A stretch of 64,000 nt of DNA from Nemertoderma westbladi (GCA_032718475.1 JAUCBJ010001501.1:1-64000); one strand, 5' to 3'. Shown: positions 27,000 to 40,781, counted from the stretch's first letter. A program made the numbers and translations. The notes: generated by a model not told the origin, from the sequence alone.

Positions 27000-28280
27000 C
27001 TAAATGTACACGAAGTGGGGCCTTCGCGCAGCACGTGAAATGAGTTAATGCTAAGTATCAACTCGAAAGGATTATAAAAGCATAGGAGAAGATTTTCCCG
27101 GAAAACGTTAACCCTCTAGCGGGAGACTGGGTAACTGAAGAAGGAAGGATTAGTTTCCCTACAAAGCCACATCCTATGGTCTATTACATATCTACCAAGT
27201 TTCCGATTGACGGATCATAAATAACGAAATGTTGGAAGGTTTTCACTTTCATACATTTAGCCCTCTAGCGGCATATTAAAGAACTACGGATCGATCACCT
27301 TCCTCACAAAGACGAGGCATGTGGTCTAGTACATACCGGTACTGTATATTCCAAAATTCAGCTTAAATAGATTAAGATCAAGGAATTCGCGAAGGTTATC
27401 ACTTTCCTACATTTCGCCCTCTAGCGGCAGACTCGAAAACTCCGGACCGATTACTGTCCACACAAAGACTTAGGATGTCTTCTAGTACATATATGACAAG
27501 TTTCAGCGTAATCAGATCATAAACAACTAAATGGAAGAATAATTTCACATTCGGGACATTTCGCCCTCTAGCGGCAGACTGGAGAACTGCAGACAGATTA
27601 GCCTCCTTTGAAATTTACAGCTAATGGTCTAGTACATACTTCCCAAGTTTCAGCTTAAACGGATTAAAAGCAAAGAAATGGGTGGCCATTTAATGTTTAG
27701 ACATGTGGCCCTCTAGCGGGAGACTGGAAAACTTCGGACCGATTACAATCCACACAAAGACTCAGGATGTCATCTAGTACATATATGACAAGTTTCAGCG
27801 TAATCAGATCATAAACAACTAAATGGAAGAATAATTTCACATTCGGGACATTTCGCCCTCTAGCGGCGGACTGGAGAACTGCAGACAGATTAGCCTCCTT
27901 TGAAATTTACAGCTAATGGTCTAGTACATACTTCCCAAGTTTCAGCTTAAACGGATTAAAAGCAAAGAAATGGGTGGCCATTTAATGTTTAGACATGTGG
28001 CCCTCTAGCGGGAGACCATTGCACTGATGGTGTCTGAAAGTCTCTCAAAAATCTCAACTTTTGCTCATATTGATACCTACAAATTTTCAACTTGGCAGCT
28101 TTAAATCCGACAAAGTTATTAGCATGTCAAAATCGTAACGACGACGACAACGACGACGACGACGACAACGACGACGACGACGACGACGACAACTATTTGC
28201 ATAAATTGACCCACCCCCTAACAGTGTCAATTCGCTAAGGCTCCGCCAACTTCGTGGCTCGCCCCACAGGCCAATACAAT
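27000..28280 (-). mobile_element. Helentron/DINE-like non-autonomous element with ~146-bp tandem array
   Basis: GTGGGGC / GCCCCAC subterminal inverted motif and (GAC)n microsatellite at 28138-28192. A 292-bp dimer repeat. A related head sequence lies at ~56875. Confidence 0.6.
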
Positions 28281-28829
28281 GCTGTAATGTCCTCTAAGGT
28301 TGTAAAGTGCTACATAACAACTCGCTGTTAATACTAACGGCGGCATTGAGTAATGTTACAATTTCAAGTCTATGAAGTTAAAAGCATAAAGAGCTATAGC
28401 TCTATACGTAAAATTCCTAATCCAGAATTCTATACTGAATAAATTTATTTATGAATGAGATAATATTGGTTATTATTATTATTTAACATATTAAATTATG
28501 TATATGTATTGTAACTGTAATATCATTGCTTACCCATACAATAAGAATGTAATATTTATCGTATTATATTAATAATTGTAAAGGACTACTTATTGTAATA
28601 ATCATTGTTTACCATATAATAAGTATGTAATAATAATTACAAGATCAAAAATTCCTATAACAGTATTTCGGAAACAACCTGAACCACATATTTTGGATTC
28701 TATATTACCTTGTTAATGATAAAAAAAGTATATTATTAAATTTTATTTTGCTGATTATATGTTTATTCATGGAAATTCTGCGGAAATTTGGTCGACATTT
28801 TGTCATGTATACCTTTCTGCATTAGCAGT

Positions 28830-29098
28830 CAGTTGGCAAAAACACCCACAGTGAGCGAATAGTTTTGTACTGTTGCCACTGCGCTAGTCCACCTACATAG
28901 GGTACTGGTAATTGTACAATCGGACAACTGAGAATATTAACATCACTCAAACAAACTCGACTTATTATTACCGGCCCTAGGGCCAGAATTAGTCCATCAC
29001 CAAAAGATATAAGCCAGGCAGCGCGTAAGCAAAACAAAAACCACCTCACTACAAAAGTCGAATGGTCGGGATCTGGAGCCAACACGGATCCCGTCACA
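28830..29098 (+). mobile_element. LTR 3' portion related to the solo LTR at 33457
   Basis: Shares CAAAAGATAT.AGCC...GGTCGGGATCT...GATCCCGTCACA terminus. Start not defined. Confidence 0.5.
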
Positions 29099-29160
29099 CC
29101 TCTCAACAACAGGCCTGATGTTGAGAAGGCCGTGCCGTTAAAATCAGAAGTTGAATTTTA

Positions 29161-29900
29161 GGGGGGGGGGGGGGGGGGGGGGGGGTACACCATTTTCGGA
29201 CAACTCTTCGATTTATCACTCTCAGCGTTTCAAAATTGTTTGATTTTGGCTAAAATTTGGCATATAGGTGCCTAAGATGCTATTCTACATGACAGGTCAG
29301 AAAATTGTTTTTTTTTCGCTATTTAATATTAGTTAATACTAGTTAACAACAAAAAAACTTGGTTGCGCTTAAAACCCTAAGGCTTTTACAGTTTTGAACC
29401 TAATCACATGAAAGTTTTTTTATATGGTAGATCAAAGATGGGGCAACATAACTATCAGGCGAAATTTTGTTAAAATAATTCTGCTCCGCTAGGTGGCGCT
29501 GCAAATTTATGCAAATTTTTAGGTTTTTTATAAATAGTATTAAATTTTATTAACAACAAATTTCGAAAATTTGCCTGATACTTTTATGCAGGGTGGCTAT
29601 CTAGACATCCACAGGAAGTTTCAGACTAATTACTCAAAAATTGTAGAAGTAGTAGGGTTTTGAAGTTGACAATTTCATGAAAAAAATATTTGGAGATAAT
29701 CGACCTTTCATTATACATAGTAATAGTAATTTCAATAGGATTCCGTAAATGGAAATTTACATAACTTGAAAACTAAAAGAGTTATTAAATAGCGGTTTTC
29801 AGATTTGGAAACCCATTCAATGGTGCATTACAATAGACCATAAAAAAAATTTCGACATATTTTGGACCAAAATGGTGTACCCCCCCCCCCCCCCCCCCCC
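29161..29900. mobile_element. Kolobok-like MITE
   Basis: (G)nTACACCATTTT ... AAAATGGTGTA(C)n termini, flanked by TTTA / TTAA. Confidence 0.7.
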
Positions 29901-30619
29901 TTAATAAGTAAAGTAAGTACAAACACACAAACACAAACAAATATAAATACATGCTAAACATACAGGTATCTGTCGCAACCCTAACCTTAAGCCTACCCGC
30001 CATACACTAAATGATACCATTAATAAACTGCACAATAACTAAGCCTATATTCTATAAGAAAATATATGACAATTTTGTCGCCATGAAAGGGGTATGACTG
30101 AGGCAAAAATAATTAATTTGTGAAAAATATGGTTGCGTTTCGGTGTCTTGGACCAGTACACGCTAATCCTCGACACCTCGTCAGCTGGACAGGGAATTAG
30201 CCAAGCCTATCTATAATGCACCACCAATGACCTAAATTAATCGCACCATCAACTCTGTTACCACCTAGCCCAAACAGAAGTCAGACCACAGAACACAGGA
30301 ACCTTATAGGCATATGGTAAGTAAATATGTTACCAATGGAAAACTGGTAGAGTGCTAGGGCACACACACAATACAAAATTTATATAAGATTTTATGATTT
30401 GCAGTAATGTCGGAATTGTGCTCCACTTTCATAAGATGATAATTGATGTTAACGACATACTGACTAACAGGGGGTTGGTATGTATATATTAACTTAAAGG
30501 AAGAACAGGAGTCTTACACCCCCAATAAAAAATATAGAATCAGGACATTTAGCCCAAAAGGTAGGGACAAGTTAAGTGAGAGTAGATTACAAAAAGTATG
30601 GACAAAGGTTAGAGGTAGG

Positions 30620-31085
30620 CACAGTCCAAACTGTATGCTACATGTGTTGAAACAGACGGCAATAGACCAAAGGATGCACTATGACAACAGTGTGCTTGAG
30701 ACGGTCGAGAAGGATTTTTATATAGACGATGGTATCAAGTGCATTGACACAGTAGAGGATGCTACAGAGTTACCTAGCAACAGGGAGTTTCCCGTTAACC
30801 AAATTTGTGTCGAACTCTCATGAGTTCATAAATCAATTTCCCGTTTAAGATCGAGGGTCTGGAAGCATCGAGTTGGGAGTAGAACAAATTCCCACAGCCA
30901 GGGATTTAGGTCTGGCTTGGGACCCCAATGACGATACCTTCCCGGTTTCTCAACCCATCAAAGACTAAGAGGGATCTGGTTATCAGTAATGATCAGTTTG
31001 TTCGATCCCTTTAATTTTATCACTCCAGTGATTCTGCAAGTGCGCGGATACGTGCGCGATATATGGGTTGATGGTATCTGTTGGT
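30620..31085 (+). pseudogene. Bel/Pao LTR-retrotransposon pol fragment
   Basis: SPNCMLHVLKQTA...DFYIDDG; frameshifted GFPLTKFVSNS, LGLAWDPNDD and LFDP. Confidence 0.85.
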
Positions 31086-32129
31086 GCCGGCTAATCGGTG
31101 TATCCTAAGGCAATGGAATTACATTGTTTTAGTAAATATGTCAATTTTGTAAATTGATTGTTTGAAACTTGTTTTTCACGCAATTGGGGTTTTTTAGGGT
31201 TCTGGTTTCGATGAAATATATACGAGTTGCACCAAGCGTATCAAACCTCTATTTTTCTGTGCTGTGTGCAAATTTTTGTGCTAGCACGAAATTTTGAAAA
31301 AATCCATTCAATAGATAAAATTGCTTGTGACAATTTATTTCTTGCGTTTTAGAGGTTTTTAATTCACATTAAATAAAATATGCAATTATAAGTATATATA
31401 TATACTTTAACTATGCTTGAAGTAAATAAAACAAATAAAACTAAAACTGAAAACTGTACCTAAGGAAGCGGAAATCAAAATAGAGAAGGTCTTAATATCC
31501 AAGGCCAGTAAGGTAAAATCAATTAAGATTAAGGTAAGGAAGGTTAGGAAGAGAGCTGGGCCCAATTCTAAAAATGGAGAAAAGCATATTAAGTAGTTGG
31601 GGCGGAGATTGAGGAAGGACAGGAGGGAAGTTAATGTCAACTTGAACAGACAGTCGGACAAACCGTTGGATTTTCAGAACAAATGTGTCGAGACCGAGAT
31701 TTCAACCAGGTCGGCACGGCAAGTCACCCGACATTTGTAATCCTCCGCAGCTCGAAAGATACCAATCCTGAAACAACATCACAGATTAGATTAGGCACAA
31801 CTAATCAAGTTAAATTAGAGGAGGACTTGGTGGAGGAAATACCACCGGGGCCAGCTGATATTAAACAGGTGGATAATCGTACAACAATTATATCGGATGT
31901 TAAACTTCCTTCTACATTGATTTAGTGAAACTCAACTCATCTCCAGCGGAGATACAGAAAATAAAGGGGCTTCGTCACAAATCCCTGGATGAGAAAACTT
32001 CCAAAATTGAAGGGTTATCTCTAGATAAGATACAACAATCCCAATGTCTGATGTACTGGTGTGGTTATATTTCAGCTCCAAAATTACAAGTAGTGAACAA
32101 TTTTCATAAAATTTGCGGCTAATTGTTTT

Positions 32130-33060
32130 TCAATACAGGTTTTATGTGGCGCAAAATCCATTGGAAAATATTTAAAATTGATCTAAGTACCGTATTATTA
32201 ATGTCTTTTTTAGTCTTCTATGTAGGCAAAAAATGAAAAAAACATGTAACCAGCACTTTTCGGTTTGATCACAAAATTTTAATTCACTTATATACGATGC
32301 CATGAAATCAGGTAATCCAATAATGGAACACATTTCTAATTTAAGAGATCATTGCTACATGTATTTTCAGCGTTATATGGCAAATGTTGGTGCTAGCACC
32401 AAATTTCGTACCCATCACCAAAAAGTACATGTTTGAGAAGTCCAGTGCTATTTTTATTGATTCCATCAGATCCAGGACCCTCATAAACCCGTATAACGCA
32501 AGAAACAAGATGATACTATCTATTGATCAATTTGCTTATTTTCAAAAATTTGGTGCTGGAACAAAAATTTTTCACCAACCTGCGAAAAATACAAGTTTGA
32601 AAACTCTTATGAAATTTTTACTTATTCCATTGTATTCCGAAAACTTACAAACCGTATAACGCAGGAAACAAGGTGACACAATCTATTGATACATTTAATG
32701 GTTTTAAAAATTTGGTGCTAGCACCAAATTTTGCTCCCACTTCCGAAAAAATAATACAATTTTGAGATATCTAATTAGATACTTATTTATTCCATTGAAT
32801 TCAGAACCGCCACAAACCTCTAAAACGCGGGAAATAAGTTGTCACAAGTAATTGTACTTTTGAATAGATTTTCAAAATTTCGTGCTGGCACCAAATTTTG
32901 CAAACAGCACCGAAAAATACAAGTTTGATACGCAATGTGCAACTCGTATATATTCCATCGAAACCAGAACAACAAATAATCCAAATTTCGGTACAGGTAC
33001 AAAGAATCAATTTACAAAATTGACATATTTCAAAATTTGGTTCTGGTGCCAAAATTTGTG
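32130..33060 (-). repeat. Paralogue of the ~165-bp-repeat element lacking the RTE-B insertion
   Basis: The reverse complement is colinear with 11100-11536 + 13523-14030. A further fragment lies at 31130-31362. Confidence 0.8.
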
Positions 33061-33456
33061 TTAGCGCTTTTAGTAAAATATGTTCCTTCCATCTCAATTT
33101 CATATATTTTGACTCTTTTGCAACTACGCAGAGATTCCATGCACTGTGGGCCCTTAATTACTGGTCTGATACAATGAACGGAGTTGCGCTAGTGTACCTG
33201 TCACCGAGGACCGCTCACTGTATTGATTAGTTCCCCTTTGTTTCCTTCTTATGTATTGATTTGCTCTATAACTTATTTAGTTCGATATGGTATTTGATTA
33301 TCTATTGTATTTAACTGAGATATGATACCGGGAGAGTGTGGCAACACAGTATAACAAGCGACTAATTAATTCTGTAAGGACTCAAGTCTGGTGTTTGTGT
33401 TTCCCTTTAGGGGAAACGTATTGTGACTTGTCTTTATGTCTAATTATATTGATATT

Positions 33457-34073
33457 TGTAAGCGGATTCATTTCCCTACATTACCCACCCAAAATGGGAC
33501 CAGTGGCATTTTACCAATATAGTTGGCGATGCGAGATTACCAATAAATAATCTCGCCTCATATCCAACTCGGGGGGGGGGGGGGGGGGCGATACACGCCC
33601 TAAGCCACAGAGAGAGGTGAGAGGTCAAACCACCTCAGAGGGACAACCCAGCTAGCGAGGCTACCACCAGGGAAGTGACAATTAGTATATAAGCCAATAG
33701 CGGGCAGGGAAGCACGTGGGGAAGGATAGGAGGGCATCCATTAGGTACCAAAGGCCACAGTAGTGTAGAGCTGAAACCAATATGTATCAATCATATAGTT
33801 ACACGATTACTGATTTACCGGTCAGTTGATTATCACACAGTTGCGGACCGTCATTTCATATGTGCTGCTGTCGTCATTTATGCTATACTGATTATTGTTA
33901 CTATACCTGTATACATCTGACTGTGCTATTATTTCTGAGATCATTAATACTGAGAAACAAACTCTATTATTTTCCCCAACGGCCTTCGGCCAAAGATATT
34001 AGCCCAGCAGCCCAGCAGCCAAGTGATGCATACAACCTTACCCGGTCGGGATCTCAGACTCGATCCTGTCACA
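33457..34073 (+). mobile_element. Solo LTR (617 bp)
   Basis: TGT...ACA termini, perfect 5-bp TSD ATATT (33452-33456 / 34074-34078), internal TATATAA. Confidence 0.85.
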
Positions 34074-37000
34074 ATATTTCTACCGTAATCAATTTATGAC
34101 AACTCTCAATCGTGATAAAATTAATAATAAGGGCTTTGCTTATAATAATGATCTGAGATATCGCCATATATTAATTATTTAGTAAATCAGAGGTATGACA
34201 ACACACGGATCTAATAAAATTGTCCAGATTATCACTAATACTTAATTGTAGAGACCCACCTTATTATGGCACGTGTAAAACTTTCTTGATTTCGTAATAT
34301 CGGCGATATATTAAACAAACAAAGAGAGTAAATTGAGTTTAACGACAGAATATCAATTAATAATATTATAATGTCACCAAGACACAGACATTAACGACAA
34401 AAGTTAAAGACAAATCAGGTTCACTCAAGGTAATAATATGAGCCAATAAGACGTCACGAATCTCATTGAGGCATCCTATTGATTTGAATATGGGTATAAT
34501 GGCACTAGATGGCGTAAAAACCCTTACTAGAAAATAATTCAATAATTAATATTATACTGCAACTGGTTTTTTATCAATAAAAATGTAGTTTTGGACCAAA
34601 ATTGGTAAAATAAGTAATTTAAAGGCAGAATTTATGAATGCAGCAACGCCGCGTCCATTCATTTAGCTACCAGGGTGTTAAAATTAAAGCAAAGGCTCAA
34701 ATTCGTACATAAAAGAAGGTATAGTAAGTAAATAATTCAGTTATCAACATCAAACTAGAATTATATAGGGCATATGTAACCAACATATAAAAAATGTCTC
34801 AACTTGTGAACAAAATAATCAGAAAGATCAATGAATCTCCATTACTTCTAAATAAGCGAACTATAGTGCTAGAATCATTTAAAGCATGTATTAAAGGTTT
34901 CAGTTTGTGAACAAAATAAGCTAAATGGATTATTGGGGACACCGTTTACTTAGTTTACATATAATATAAAGTAAAGATATGAGTCATATAAAGTAAAATA
35001 GGGCTAATATAAAGTAGCCAGAAAAATTAATGTTTATTTTCGGGACCTTTTCTTCTTGGAGGGTCGCTTACGACGCTTCATTGGTGGTGAACTGGTGTTT
35101 TGCGACAAAGACGGGGATCCTCGCGCCTGCAGCCCCTCAGCGGTGGAAGGATGAATTTCCAGAGAGTCTGGAGGGGGCGCGAATGTATGCACGGTTGGTC
35201 TACCAGTGTTCCCGGTTGGTAACAGTTAACAGTTAACAGTTGATAACTGTAGTTGCTGCCGGAACGGAATGATGTAATAACTTCACACTCTTTCGAAGTA
35301 CTTTGGCTGGTGAAGATCTAGAGGAAGGGGTTAATGTGGATTGTGCCGCTTTGTTAAGGATGGCTGCAGTGACCAGTCCTTTAAGGGTTTGTGATGAAGT
35401 TGTAACAACACCTCCTTATCTGAAACATACCTTAGCGGCTTGAGTGTCTCTTCTGCAAGATGCGCGGTGTGATGGAGGTACACAACTCGATCCGAAGTTT
35501 GTAACAACTCAGGATTGGCGGCGACAAACTCGTAACCAAGATTGGAGTCTTTTTGAATAAATTTGATAAGGTTGTAAGTCGTGACATCACCGGGGCTCGT
35601 ACGGCGAAGGAATGTGTGCACGTATTGAATATTGGTGAGTTCTGAGACGGTTAATAGTAATTGGTAATCAGGAAGGTGGGATCGTTGCGCTTCAATAGCA
35701 AAGTCGTAGGGATTGAAGGCAAAGACTCCGCAATATGAGCGGGTTGAATCATAACGCAGGCGCATGAATTGGTGTAAATCAGCGGAATGTTCCCACAATT
35801 TAATATACTTTAGGAGGGATGTTTCATTGTCCCGTTGTGTCAAGTCAAAGGGGCAGGAGCCCGGATAATGTCCCTTTAGTAGACATTTATCACACTGTTC
35901 CGAGAATTGCTGACAGTTGAAGAATGTGTCGGTATTTTTGAGAATGAACTCACGATATTGTTGTTCAATGTTGCGTTGTTCGGGGTTCATTGGCAGTTCG
36001 ATGTAGTTTCCCGAAGGATTCATACGCAGTTCCATGCTTTGAGCGAGCTCGGTGGATTCGCCGGTGCAGTCAGCCGTCATCGTATCCATCATCTCCGCGT
36101 GTTGTTTCCGAGAACGTCGCTTGGTGGAGGGGAGTGTCTTCATAGACATTGCGAGTTTGAGTAGCATAGTGTGTGGAGGGGTAGGCGAGCGTCACCTCCC
36201 CAAAGGCACTGAGACACACCGCGACGCAGTCCCTGGTCAATCCCTTATGGCGAGAATCGAGTTTGCAACTACCAGCAGTACCGAAATATCGTGGCTATAT
36301 GCTAAACTTTCTTCAAGCCAGGGAGACAGGGGACTGACCCAGAGCCATCACTGATCTACTACGACTATAGTATCTGTGAAGGGTTGGACAATTGCGTGTA
36401 CCTTAAATGTCACACTATTTGTTGGTATTTCACACTATTTAGCTTAATTTAGTGCTTATTTGTGCACTTTTGTTCAACATTCGGTCAAAATACGGTTCAA
36501 AAACGCTTAACTTAAAACATTTACCAGAATGTCACTGTTTTGTGTTTCCATGATAACAATATTACCTTTCCCATACAAGCTGAGTTAAGCGATTGCATTC
36601 ACAGTTGTACGAGTTCTATCTATGTTTCCTGGGAAACACGTTGTTTCGTTGTTATTTAATTATTCCGTTACATGTTGGTAAATAGAGATTAGAATGCTCA
36701 CCTCTCACACTTATTTCACATTAGTAACTACTGTAATAGTTATTTGGGCATTTATGGCGGATATTAAATTTAGTTGTGGTTATTAATTATTAATTTGTGT
36801 TTAATAGAATTTCGAATTTTTTTTTTGAAAATTGCATATTTCTATGCCTGTAACGTCGCACAAATCCGCTTCCACGATTGAGTATTGTCATTAGTAATTA
36901 GTCACTTATTTTGAATTATTTAAGTTTTAAATCAAATAATTTACTGTTAAATTAAATTGTTGCATATGTTGCGATCATATACAACGTACAATTAACAAAA

Positions 37001-38470
37001 GTAGGTTTTAAGTAGGTGCGCACCATAGTCTAATACTAATACCTACACTGTTACAAATGGCTAATAAACAATTGACGCATACAACCTTAAAAGTGACGCA
37101 TACAACCTTACCCGGTCGGGATCTCAGACTCGATCCCATCATAATATTTCTACCGTAATCAATTTATGACAACTCTCAATCGTGATAAAATAAGGGCTTT
37201 GCTTATAATAATGATCTGATATATCGCCATATATTAATTATTTAGTAAATCAGAGGTATGACAACACACGGATCTAATAAAATTGTCCAGATTATCACTA
37301 ATACTTAATTGTAGAGACCCACCTTATTATGGCACTTGTAAAACTTTCTTGATTTCGTAATATCGGCGATATATTAAACAAGCAAAGAGAGTAAATTGAG
37401 TTTAACGACAGAATATCAATTAATAATATTATAATGTCACCAAGACACGGACATTAACGACAAAGGTTAAAGACAAAAGGCATGAAATAAACACCGGTCA
37501 TCAGTAATCTGACCAGTATCTAAAAGGCCTGCATTGGGAGGTAACTCCTCTGCAGAATGTTAATGATCTGAGTGGATAAAAGATAAACTAACAAGGATTA
37601 TATATTATAAGACGTCACGCATCTCATTGAGGCATCCTATTGATTCGAATATGGGTATAATGGCACTAGATGGCGTAAAAACCCTTACTAGAAAGTAATT
37701 CAATAGGAATAATTAATATTATACCGCAACTGGTTTTTTATCAATAAAAATGTAGTTTTGGACCAAAATTGGTAAAATAAGTAATATAAAGGCAGAATTT
37801 ATGAATGCAGCAAAGCCGCTTCCATTCATTTAGCTACCAGGGTGTTAAAATTAAAGCAAAGGCTCAAATTCGTTCATAAAAGAAGGTATAGTAAATAAAT
37901 AATTCAGTTATCAACATCAAACTAGAATTATATAGGGCATATGTAACCAACATATAAAAAATGTCTCAACTCGTGAACAAAATAATCAGAAAGATCAATG
38001 AATGTCCATTACTTCTAAATAAGCGAACTATAGTGCTAGAAAGCATTTAAAGCATGTATAAAAGGATTCAGTTTGTGAACAAAATAAGCTAAATGGATTA
38101 TTGGGGACACCGTTTACTTACTTTACATATAATATAAAGTAAAGATATGAGTCATATAAAGTAAAATAGGGCTAATATAAAGTAGCCAAAAAAATTAATG
38201 TTTATTTTCGGGACCTTTTCTTCTTGGAGGGTCGCTTACGACGCTTCATTGGTGGTGAACCGGTGTTTTGTGACGAAGACGGGGATCCTCGCACCTGCAG
38301 ACCCTCAGTGGCGGAAGGATGAATTTCCAGAGAGTCCGGAGGGGGCGCGAATGTACGCACGGTTGGTCCACCAGTGGATGTTCTCGGTTGGTAACAGTTA
38401 ACAGTTGATAACTGTAGTTACTGCCGGAACGGAATGACGTAATAACTTCACACTCTTTCGAAGTACTTTT
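34024..38470. repeat. ~1.3-kb direct duplication (34024-35305 and 37094-38470)
   Basis: Near-identical blocks that include the last ~50 bp of the LTR and its TSD. Confidence 0.92.
35331..36167 (-). CDS. Orphan ORF with a gag-type CCHC zinc knuckle
   Basis: 278-aa ORF containing CDKCLLKGHYPGSC (CX2CX4HX4C). No other domain recognised. Confidence 0.5.
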   Translation of the reverse strand: MLLKLAMSMKTLPSTKRRSRKQHAEMMDTMTADCTGESTELAQSMELRMNPSGNYIELPMNPEQRNIEQQYREFILKNTDTFFNCQQFSEQCDKCLLKGHYPGSCPFDLTQRDNETSLLKYIKLWEHSADLHQFMRLRYDSTRSYCGVFAFNPYDFAIEAQRSHLPDYQLLLTVSELTNIQYVHTFLRRTSPGDVTTYNLIKFIQKDSNLGYEFVAANPELLQTSDRVVYLHHTAHLAEETLKPLRYVSDKEVLLQLHHKPLKDWSLQPSLTKRHNPH

Positions 38471-38506
38471 TTTGTACTTAGTACTTTTTGTACTTTTAGT
38501 ACTTAT

Positions 38507-38612
38507 TTTGCCGAGTCAGCTCTCGGGGCAAATACCACACCCTGGTTTGCCATTCTACAGGGTGGGTGTCGCAATGGAGTCAGAATGAGGCCCATCACCC
38601 ATTGCATGACTC
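38507..38612 (-). repeat. Fragment of RTE-B-related 5' region
   Basis: The reverse complement matches 11686-11748 (TGGGTGATGGGCCTCAT...GAGAGCTGACTCGGCAAAA), plus ~37 nt absent there. Confidence 0.75.
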
Positions 38613-39723
38613 CATCAAGTTCGGAAATAATGTTGGAAAGTTTTAATCCATTAATTAAGTTACATTACCTTTGCCACCCGAGGCAACCGGAGTTTGGTGC
38701 GGCGTAATAATTTGAGAATAATCAGATAAATCTGATAATCAGAGAATGGCCCTACAGAATGCGCCGTGGTTTTTAAGTTATGCTCACTTCGGTTTTTGCT
38801 ACTGCGAGACTCCATTAACCCGAACTTATATCTCACGAACAGAGTTAAAATGACCCAGATTCGCCCTATCCTGGTCTCTTCTACTACTATTGCATCACAG
38901 AAACCCTATTAGGCCACATTTCTGGATTCAATGCCTTATCCCTATCATGGCGACAAATGCTAACTTTAAAACTTGACAAACAACACTCATTATACAGTAC
39001 AACCTCAATAACGTTGAAATGTGCTACTTTTCACACAATGTGCCTGTTTTTGGCACATATGTAAAGTACCGTGACATAGTTAGTACCAATCAATATAAGA
39101 TTTTTAGGATTAATAACTATTTACATCAATGTGTGACAAGTTTTTTTTGTGTCAAGGCACTTTTCAGCGTTATGACCCCAGTGTATTTATGTACCAAGCG
39201 GGGGCAGTAAGGGGGGTTCACATAAATATACAAGGGTCTTATACGCTGAATAGGGCCGTTTTCACACAATGATATACGTAATTTTGTTACATTATGACAT
39301 TTAACTCTGCCAATTAAGTAAAATCTAACTCAACATGTGGTACACTAGTAGTCTGGAAGAAGTTTTGAAATTTTCCAAATCTAATTTACTTGCGGTTACA
39401 GTCATTGCGGTAAAAAAACTTTATTGATCTAAGTTATTTTAGTTTGTATTTTGTACTCTCTTTAGACCAGCCCTTATGGCAGAGTGGCCTATAGGATGAA
39501 ACGATGCAAAATCACGAACTTAGTAACAAAAACTTCTAAAACACGTCTTGAGTATTCTCCATACATTATAGCCATTGTGCGATTGTGGGGGCCAAGCGTA
39601 AGATTATTTACCGTTCAGTTAATACAGTATTCCAAAACATTACGTAGTCGGTATACCTTGTGCACATCATCCTTTCAATTTGTTTACTAGCTATTTTTAA
39701 GCAATATTTTTTTACCTCATTAA

Positions 39724-40094
39724 GGCCTGTTTACACGTGGCAACTTTTAGAGCAACTTTCTCGGCAACTTGTAGAGCAACCCAGGTTGCTGATCAAGTTG
39801 CTCCGTGTAAACACGTAAAAAAGTTGCCGTAAAAGTTGTTCAACTTTTACGGGAACTTGAAGGAAATTGCGTTGGCGAAGTAAAGCGAGATAATCAAATT
39901 AAATTATCAAAAACTAGCTAGTAGATAAAATGACCCACTATTTTACAGTCAAACTAGCCAAGTTGCTCTAAAAGTTGCTGGCCAAGTTGCTGGTAATGTT
40001 GCCACGTGTAAACAACAACTAATTTAAGTTGTTCCAAAAAAAGTTGCTAGTTGCCGAGAAAGTTGCTCTAAAAGTTGCCACGTGTAAACAGGCC
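39724..40094. mobile_element. PIF/Harbinger-type MITE
   Basis: ~47-bp TIR GGCCTGTTTACACGTGGCAACTTTTAGAGCAAC..., TAA/TTA flanks, GCAAC subrepeats. Confidence 0.88.
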
Positions 40095-40220
40095 TTAAGT
40101 CTCATTTATTTATTACATATTTAATAAAAACTTTACAAAATTCAGATAATGTTAAATAATACCCACCACCAGCTGACGTTACTAAGCAACAAAAATAAGA
40201 GGGGAATTTAAAATAAAAAG

Positions 40221-40781
40221 TGTGACGGGATCAGGGATCCCGACCGGGTTAATGCTCGTACGCGTTGCCGTAGGCTGATATCAGGTAACTTGGCCAAGGC
40301 CGTAGGAGAAAAATGTTTGAGCTTGATGTTCCTTGCGTTCCAATATAAATGTGTAATAATTGCACGGCACTTAGTGACGACGGTAAGACAATGTTGCCGG
40401 TCTGCACTGAAACTGATAACTGGGTAACTGAATGACAAACCGGTATGTAGGAGATAATATATGATTACTTCACTCCTACGCTACCTTGGCCTGCTACCTA
40501 GTGGATGCTCTCATTTGCCCTTATTGGCTAACAACCTACTTCACACCCTTCCACTCTCTGGGAGTGTTTCCCCTCTGTTGCTAGCCCCTGCTAGCTGTGT
40601 CCTCTCCGAGGTGGTTTGACCTCTAACCTTCCTTTATGTGTGGCTTCGGGGTTTGTACTGTCCCCCGATGTTGGTTGTGATACGAGATTAATTATTGCTA
40701 ATCTCGTATCTCCAACATATTGCTGAAAATGACACTATCCCATTTGATGAGGGTAATGAGGCGGAATTGAATCCGCTTACA
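40221..40781 (-). mobile_element. Solo LTR (561 bp), sister family of 33457-34073
   Basis: TGT...ACA termini, perfect TSD AAAAG (40216-40220 / 40782-40786). Reverse complement aligns patchily with the other LTR. Confidence 0.85.

Noticed and set aside
34024-38470. Direct repeats as paired LTRs around a gag gene
   Set aside because: No TG/CA ends, PBS, PPT or TSD. The repeat includes part of another LTR and apparent coding tail.
33457-40781. 600-bp inverted arms around the zinc-knuckle ORF as one element
   Set aside because: Each arm has its own TG...CA ends and its own 5-bp TSD (ATATT; AAAAG), so they are independent solo LTRs.
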